Of a stretch of DNA of 27,995 nt, positions 20,365 through 25,820 are shown one piece after another. Position 1 is the first letter of the stretch. Each line of letters begins with the position of its first letter. This DNA comes from an uncultured Candidatus Cloacimonadota bacterium (GTDB taxonomy: Bacteria > Cloacimonadota > Cloacimonadia > Cloacimonadales > TCS61). The notes beneath the pieces were generated by a model. It was not told the DNA's origin and made no database searches. It saw nothing but the letters and a program-made list of their open reading frames with translations. The translations under genes and the position numbers were made by a program. The stretch spans positions 9,565 through 37,559 of the forward strand of contig CAYYLA010000001.1 in NCBI GenBank assembly GCA_964441785.1, written 5' to 3'.

Positions 20365-21830
20365 TGAAAAAGATAATATTAATTACACTCTTGTTAATTG
20401 TTGGATCTATTTTGCTGGCTGATGACTTTTCTATCAGTGGTATCAATGAAGCACACTATGTCTATAAAAGCGCTGAAGATTCACTTAATCAATATTTCCA
20501 GGATAAATTTAAATTCTTACTGCAATATAATGATTTTCGCTTTGGTATGACCTATGTAGGCGAATTCCCAAAATATCGTAAATTTGAACCATTGGCAGAA
20601 TTGGATCCATCCAACCTGCATAATGAGTGGGAAGAACGTTATGTGGAATTTAACACAGGCGAATATATGGTTAAAGCAGGTAATTTCGATGCCCTTATTG
20701 GATCAGGTATGATATTGCATGCCTACTATAACGAAGATCTTGATGAGGATTATCGACTCGATGGTTTCTATGGACGGGTTGTTAAAGATGCCTGGTCGCT
20801 ACAGGCTTTTCATGGTATTTTGCCAACCGAAGATGCCTCTTTTGAAGCAGATGATGTTATCAATGGTGCCGATCTGGAGATAACGCCTATCGCTCCATTA
20901 ACTCTTGGATTTGCCGCTCTCTCTAATCAGGAATATCAAGGGGCTGATAATTATAATTACAGCATTAGAGAAGTGATATCCGGGCGAATGGGATTCTATC
21001 ATGACTATTTTGAAGTAAATGCCGAATATGCTGAAAGTAAACAGTATCATAATGAATTCGGTGGTACAAAATACGGCAACGCTTTCTACTCTGATTTGAA
21101 TGTTTATGCTGGTATGTTTACAGTTACAGGTGCTTATAAAAACTATGATAAATTTGTGCATCGTCTTAATGAACTTCCAACCGTAAATCACAGTGAAGAA
21201 CCATTGGTGGATTATGGATATGATGTAGGTTCAGGTGAAGAAGGTTATATGGCTGTGGTTAGATTCGTGCCAAATTTCGAGAATGAACTGGTTGTTAATT
21301 TTGCCAACGGTTGGTCTAAAGATGATACCATTGAACAGATTGATATTCATGCCGAATATCGTAGAGATTTTGAATCCTTTACGCTTATCACAGAATATAG
21401 CCATCTGGAAAACACCTGGGAGATAGATAATGTAAACTATTGGGCACAGGAAATGACTCCAAAAATCAGTGTGGATTTCTTATTAGGCGATATGCCAACT
21501 ATGCTTAAAGCTGAATATAAGATAGAAAAACATGAGGAATATACCCATATCAGTGAAGAGACCATAAAGTACGAACCAACACTTCAGGCTGATATCGGTA
21601 TCAAGCAATACGCAATATCTCTGTTGGCAAGTTATCACTATCTTGATGGTGAAGATATCAATGCGAATACTCCTAAAATCGGGGTTGAATTTGTAGCTCC
21701 TTTATGGAATCATACTGAACTTAAACTCTTTGCCGGTAGCGAAAAGGGTGGTCTTGTCTGCCGTAACGGTGTTTGTAATTATCAGGCTCCTTTCGAGGGT
21801 GCACGAATAGATCTTACTACAAGATTTTAA
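20364..21830 (+). CDS. Outer-membrane beta-barrel protein, DUF6029-like, with a C-terminal cysteine pair
   Basis: Signal peptide; alternating amphipathic strands; GNFDALIGSGMIL; terminal KGGLVCRNGVCNYQAPFEGARIDLTTRF ending in an aromatic residue. Confidence 0.7.
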   Translation: MKKIILITLLLIVGSILLADDFSISGINEAHYVYKSAEDSLNQYFQDKFKFLLQYNDFRFGMTYVGEFPKYRKFEPLAELDPSNLHNEWEERYVEFNTGEYMVKAGNFDALIGSGMILHAYYNEDLDEDYRLDGFYGRVVKDAWSLQAFHGILPTEDASFEADDVINGADLEITPIAPLTLGFAALSNQEYQGADNYNYSIREVISGRMGFYHDYFEVNAEYAESKQYHNEFGGTKYGNAFYSDLNVYAGMFTVTGAYKNYDKFVHRLNELPTVNHSEEPLVDYGYDVGSGEEGYMAVVRFVPNFENELVVNFANGWSKDDTIEQIDIHAEYRRDFESFTLITEYSHLENTWEIDNVNYWAQEMTPKISVDFLLGDMPTMLKAEYKIEKHEEYTHISEETIKYEPTLQADIGIKQYAISLLASYHYLDGEDINANTPKIGVEFVAPLWNHTELKLFAGSEKGGLVCRNGVCNYQAPFEGARIDLTTRF

Positions 21831-21850
21831 ATATAATTAATGAGGTTAAA

Positions 21851-22900
21851 ATGAAGAAAATTTTCTTAACTTTAATTGTGCTTGCATTTGCTCTTTTATC
21901 TGCAACACAGCTAAATGTTATCAGTGAACTGTTTACTGTTATTCCCGATTGTTGATGTATTGATGACTACGCTCGTGTAGCGTTGGACGACTATGCTTTA
22001 CAAGCTCCCCATGCTATACCGTTGTGGTGGAGTATGGAGTCCGAAATGCCATCACCAATGGCTGAAGAACGTTTTACTCTCTATCAGGGTGAGAATACTC
22101 CGCACGCATTTTTTGGTCGTATCGAAGAGGTTGACGCATGGAATTGTATGGATTATGTTAACTTCTGTAGTGCCTATGATGCTGTCGCCAGTAATACAGC
22201 TTATGCTGAGATTGATCTCGATTTTTATTCTACTTCTGCTGGCCAATATTCGGTTGCTGCAGAGGTAAATCTTGTAGAAGATGTTATAACGACAAACAAC
22301 AAAATATTCTTTGTAATAGTTGGAAAACTAACTGGAGAATCTCGTGACCCGGGATATTGGAATAATCGCGTTATCGCTGCCTCTGAATCTCAGGATTTCT
22401 CACTTTTAACAAGCGGTGAAACAGCCTCTTTTTCAGCAGATTTTGCCCTCGACCTTTCTGACTATGCTGACCATGGAGCTTATGAAGAGGAATACCTGCA
22501 CGCTGTTGCTATTATCCAATCCTATGATAATCTGATGATTCTTCAAAGTGAGATTGTACAGTTCGGTCTGTCTGATTCGCCTGACTCTGACATTGTTCCA
22601 GCTAATGTTTCTTTGAAACAGAACTGGCCTAATCCCTTTAATCCAGCACAAACAGGTCGTGGCCCTGCAACAACGATAGAATTTACAACCAGAAAAGCTG
22701 CATCAACAGAACTCTCTATCTATAACCTGAAAGGACAAAAAGTGATAACATTGGTTAATCAAAATCTTGAAGCTGGGGATTATTCATATTCATGGTCTGG
22801 TAGTGATGATAATGGACATGAGGTTAGCTCGGGTGTTTATTACTATATCTTAAAATCAGCCGAATCCGTCGAAACCAGAAAAATGCTTTTAATGAAATAA
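21851..22900 (+). CDS. Secreted Omp28-like thioredoxin-fold selenoprotein (349 aa with Sec35 at TGA 21953-21955, Cys-Sec-Cys motif) with FlgD-Ig sorting domain
   Basis: GAGG RBS then MKKIFLTLIVLAFALLSATQLNVISELFTVIPDC-TGA-CIDDYARVAL, in frame with ORF 21983-22900. TPHAFFG cis-Pro loop; C-terminal NWPNPFNP...RKMLLMK; hairpin follows the TGA. Confidence 0.85.
21969..21983 (+). other. Putative SECIS element for TGA 21953
   Basis: ACGCT-[CGTGT]-AGCGT, perfect 5 bp; loop G at +20. Confidence 0.72.
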
Positions 22901-22911
22901 AATGAAAGGAA

Positions 22912-22945
22912 TCAGCCATCGCTGGCTTCTTCCAGTGATGGCTGA
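22912..22945. other. Strong hairpin between the Omp28-like gene and arsR (terminator-like or operator)
   Basis: TCAGCCATCGCTGG-CTTCTT-CCAGTGATGGCTGA, 14 bp with one G-T pair; no U-tract. Confidence 0.6.
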
Positions 22946-22953
22946 CATTGATT

Positions 22954-23253
22954 ATGAATATTGAAGATAAAAAAAGATTCTCTAAGATGGCTGAAATCAG
23001 TAAAGCTCTGGCTCATTCCTCCAGATTGTTTATTCTACATAAACTTGATGCTCAGGAACTTTGTGTTAAAGAGCTTGCTCAATTGATTGGATCAGATATC
23101 TCTACTGTATCAAAACACCTTGCTCAATTGAAAAATGTTGGTTTAGTTACAGATGAAAAACGCGGTAATTGCGTCTATTACCATCTGCAATGTAGGTGTG
23201 TATTGAATATTTTCAGTTGTGTAGAGAATGTAATATCAGCCACTCGGGAATAA
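22954..23253 (+). CDS. ArsR/SmtB-family transcriptional regulator
   Basis: KALAHSSRLFIL...ELCVKELAQLIGSDISTVSKHLAQLKNVGLV...RGNCVYYHL; Cys-rich tail CRCVLNIFSC. Start is ATG 22954 or TTG 22948. Confidence 0.93.
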   Translation: MNIEDKKRFSKMAEISKALAHSSRLFILHKLDAQELCVKELAQLIGSDISTVSKHLAQLKNVGLVTDEKRGNCVYYHLQCRCVLNIFSCVENVISATRE

Positions 23254-23270
23254 AAAAAATTTAAAGAACG

Positions 23271-23296
23271 TTTGGCTATTTGCGCAATAAGCCAAA
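23271..23296. promoter_or_regulatory. 26-bp near-perfect palindrome upstream of ccdA (candidate operator)
   Basis: TTTGGCTATTTGCGCAATAAGCCAAA matches its reverse complement at 22 of 26 positions and ends just before the GAGGTG RBS. Confidence 0.5.
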
Positions 23297-23309
23297 TAGA
23301 TGAGGTGTT

Positions 23310-24017
23310 ATGTTAACGTTATTTGAAGAACTTACTTTGGCCCTTTATGGAAACCCTGGTGTTGCTTTGGCCGCTTCACTTCTTTGGGGCATTCTCAGTA
23401 TTCTTATCAGCCCTTGCCACCTTGCTGCAATCCCCCTGGTCGTCGCTTTTATCAATGATCAGAAGGAGATAACAACCGGTAAGGCATTCAGGATTTCCTT
23501 TATGTTTTCTCTGGGAATCTTGATAACCCTGGTTGCTGTTGGTCTGATAACGTCTCTCACAGGCCTGATTCTTGGAAGTACCGATATGATAATGCGCATC
23601 GTTATCAGCATCGTGTTACTATTTGTCGGTTTATACTTTCTTGGAGTGGTCCCATTACCCGATTTTGGTGGTGTATCCAATAAACGAATGTCCAGGAATC
23701 CCTATGTTAGTGGGTTAATCCTGGGTCTATTTTTTGGGATTGCTCTTGGACCTTGTGCCTTCGCATTTATGGCACCAATTCTGGGGATTGTGATGCAGAA
23801 TATTGAAACGGGATTTCTATTTTCTATAGCTCTTCTGGTCATGTTTCTGATTGGACATTGTGGTGTTTTGATATTGGCTGGAACCTTTACAAGATTGGTG
23901 AAGCAATTTCTCGCTTGGGATGCTGCCGCAAAGGGCACACTCATTATCAGAAAAATCTGTGGAATTCTAATTATTATCGGAGCAGTTTACACCTTTGTTA
24001 AAGCTGTTCATTTTTAG
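23310..24017 (+). CDS. ccdA: CcdA/DsbD transmembrane electron transporter
   Basis: Six hydrophobic segments; ISPCHLAAIP and ALGPCAFAF, the two conserved PC motifs. Confidence 0.9.
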   Translation: MLTLFEELTLALYGNPGVALAASLLWGILSILISPCHLAAIPLVVAFINDQKEITTGKAFRISFMFSLGILITLVAVGLITSLTGLILGSTDMIMRIVISIVLLFVGLYFLGVVPLPDFGGVSNKRMSRNPYVSGLILGLFFGIALGPCAFAFMAPILGIVMQNIETGFLFSIALLVMFLIGHCGVLILAGTFTRLVKQFLAWDAAAKGTLIIRKICGILIIIGAVYTFVKAVHF

Positions 24018-24033
24018 AAGACAAAAGAAAAGA

Positions 24034-24103
24034 GAAAAAAGAAAAAAGAAAAAAGAATAAAGAATAAAGAATAAAGAATAAAGAATAAAGAATAAAGAAT
24101 AAA
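24034..24103 (+). repeat. Intergenic heptamer tandem repeat (GAAAAAA)3(GAATAAA)7
   Basis: Counted directly: three GAAAAAA units at 24034-54 followed by seven GAATAAA units at 24055-103. Confidence 0.95.
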
Positions 24104-24142
24104 GGTTAAGCCTTGTATGTTTAGAAGTAAAAGGAGAAAATA

Positions 24143-24382
24143 ATGGATATAAAAATTCTAGGAACCGGATGTCCAAAATGCAATAAGCTTGAGAAAAATG
24201 TCAGGAAAGCTGTGGAAGAAATTGGATTAGATGCAGAGATTACAAAGATTTCTGATCTGGAAGAGATAATGAGTTTTGGTGTAATGATGACGCCTGGTTT
24301 GGTAGTAGATGGAGAACTGAAATCTTCGGGAAAATTATTAAAACCGAAAGATATAACAAAATTATTGAAGGATAAATTATAA
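24143..24382 (+). CDS. Small cytoplasmic thioredoxin-like protein (MTH895-type redox-active disulfide protein)
   Basis: MDIKILGTGCPKC...GVMMTPGLVVDG; AAGGAG RBS. Confidence 0.92.
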   Translation: MDIKILGTGCPKCNKLEKNVRKAVEEIGLDAEITKISDLEEIMSFGVMMTPGLVVDGELKSSGKLLKPKDITKLLKDKL

Positions 24383-24777
24383 TGAAAAAGATCATAATTA
24401 CAGTGTTTCTCGCTGTCTTTGCTTTTCTCTTGTTTGGATCGGAAACCATGGTTGGAAAAGCTGATACCACTTCTGTTTCAACAACAATCACGTTTATAGA
24501 ACTTGGATCAATAACCTGTGTACCCTGTAAGCAGATGGAAAAAGTGTTAGAAGCAACGGAAGAGAAATATGGCGATCAGATTGAAGTAATATTCTATGAT
24601 ATCATGAAAGATCGATCAAAATCTAAAGAGTACAATGTTAGGATAATGCCGACCCAGGTTTTTCTTAATAGTGATGGAAAAGAGATTCATCGTCATATTG
24701 GATACTATCCACAGAAGCAATTAGATGAATTTCTGCAGAAACAGGGATTAATTCCTCTGGAGAATAATGATGAATAA
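24382..24777 (+). CDS. Exported thioredoxin-family protein
   Basis: Signal or anchor peptide; FIELGSITCVPCKQM; VRIMPTQVF; HIGY. Confidence 0.9.
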   Translation: MKKIIITVFLAVFAFLLFGSETMVGKADTTSVSTTITFIELGSITCVPCKQMEKVLEATEEKYGDQIEVIFYDIMKDRSKSKEYNVRIMPTQVFLNSDGKEIHRHIGYYPQKQLDEFLQKQGLIPLENNDE

Positions 24778-25678
24778 ACTGATTGCGGTTGTGTTAGTTT
24801 TTCTTGCGATCAGTTGCATGTTAGATGCGCACGAAATAGCTCTGCACTATGCTCTTGAAGGAACCGAAACCTATGGTGGTGATGAGATAAGGGGATGGGA
24901 AGTAGATTTTTTAACCCTGGATTGGGGTGATAATGATTTCTCTGATTATGGTGTAACTGTTAAATTTACATTCAGTAAATCAGATGTCTCAAAAATTGTC
25001 TTAACCAAAGGTTGGAAACGATTTGATTTAGGAAAAAACTGGAATCTTACTGTGGGTAAACAACAATATGGTTTCGGATTATTCAGTGGCTCCGGTTGTG
25101 GATGAGGTGGTTCGGGATCCGTGGGATCCGGCTGCGTGAGTTATTATTCATTTAAACAGTTGATTGCAGATGCTGATTTTAACCTTAAAGTGGATAAACA
25201 GATTGGTGATCTCAATGGTCAGATTTATATTGGACATACCCTGAAAGAGGAAGCTGCTGTCGGTTCCAGAATTTCCTGGGATTTTAACAATCTTGAATTA
25301 GGTGTTGCAGCACTTTGGCTCGATTATCAGGATGAAGAACAACAGCTGACAAACTATGAATTTGATCTGCAATATACCTTGCCAAAATACATAAATGTGA
25401 AAACTCAAATTGGTAATATCGATGATGGTAATAATGATACAGATGACTTAAACTTTTTTTGTCTGATTCAAAAGGATGAACCATTTTACATCCCATTTGT
25501 AAAAGAGATCATTCCCTATGCTGGTATCTCCACAAGAGATGAAATGAAAGAAAATAGTGTAATAATGGGACTGAACTTTTCACCTGTAACTGATGCGTAT
25601 ATCAAAATAGAACATGTGCTGGATTCCAGCGAAGATGTCGATCCCAGGAGCGATATTCAGGTCGGTTACACGTTCTAA
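24770..25678 (+). CDS. Outer-membrane beta-barrel selenoprotein (about 302 aa, Sec at TGA 25103-25105) with a Gly/Ser-rich C-G-U...C loop
   Basis: ORFs 24767-25105 and 25121-25678 are in frame with 5 sense codons between them: GKQQYGFGLFSGSGCG-TGA-GGSGSVGSGCVSYYSFK. Signal peptide only on part 1; terminal beta-signal DIQVGYTF only on part 2; hairpin follows the TGA. Confidence 0.85.
25115..25129 (+). other. Putative SECIS element for TGA 25103
   Basis: GGATC-[CGTGG]-GATCC (6 bp if C-G closes a GTG loop); loop G at +16. Confidence 0.72.
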
Positions 25679-25705
25679 ATATATTTTGTTATAATCATGG
25701 CTTTC

Positions 25706-25745
25706 GTAACAGTAGGGACGAGATGTGTGTCGTCTCTACTGTTAC
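25706..25745. repeat. REP-like GTAG...CTAC inverted repeat at the end of the operon
   Basis: GTAACAGTAGGGACGA-GATGTGTG-TCGTCTCTACTGTTAC, a 16-bp stem with one G-T pair; the core GTAGGGACG...CGTCTCTAC resembles GTAG-type REP elements. Confidence 0.65.
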
Positions 25746-25820
25746 ACAATAATTTTACTTGCATATAACCTGATACTGAATAAGAAATTGTCTATCAATT
25801 ATTATGTATGAGGAGGTTTT

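Noticed and set aside
24034-24103. CRISPR array
   Set aside because: 7-nt units with no spacers; no cas genes in the window.
23967-24176. Minus-strand 69-aa ORF with LFFILYS repeats
   Set aside because: It is only the translation of the heptamer microsatellite and overlaps real genes at both ends.
11358-25678. ORF-track fragments 11358-13364, 14256-16250, 21983-22900 and 25121-25678 as independent genes
   Set aside because: They lack an RBS and signal peptide despite export-type C-termini; three of their 'starts' are GTG/TTG inside the SECIS-like hairpins.
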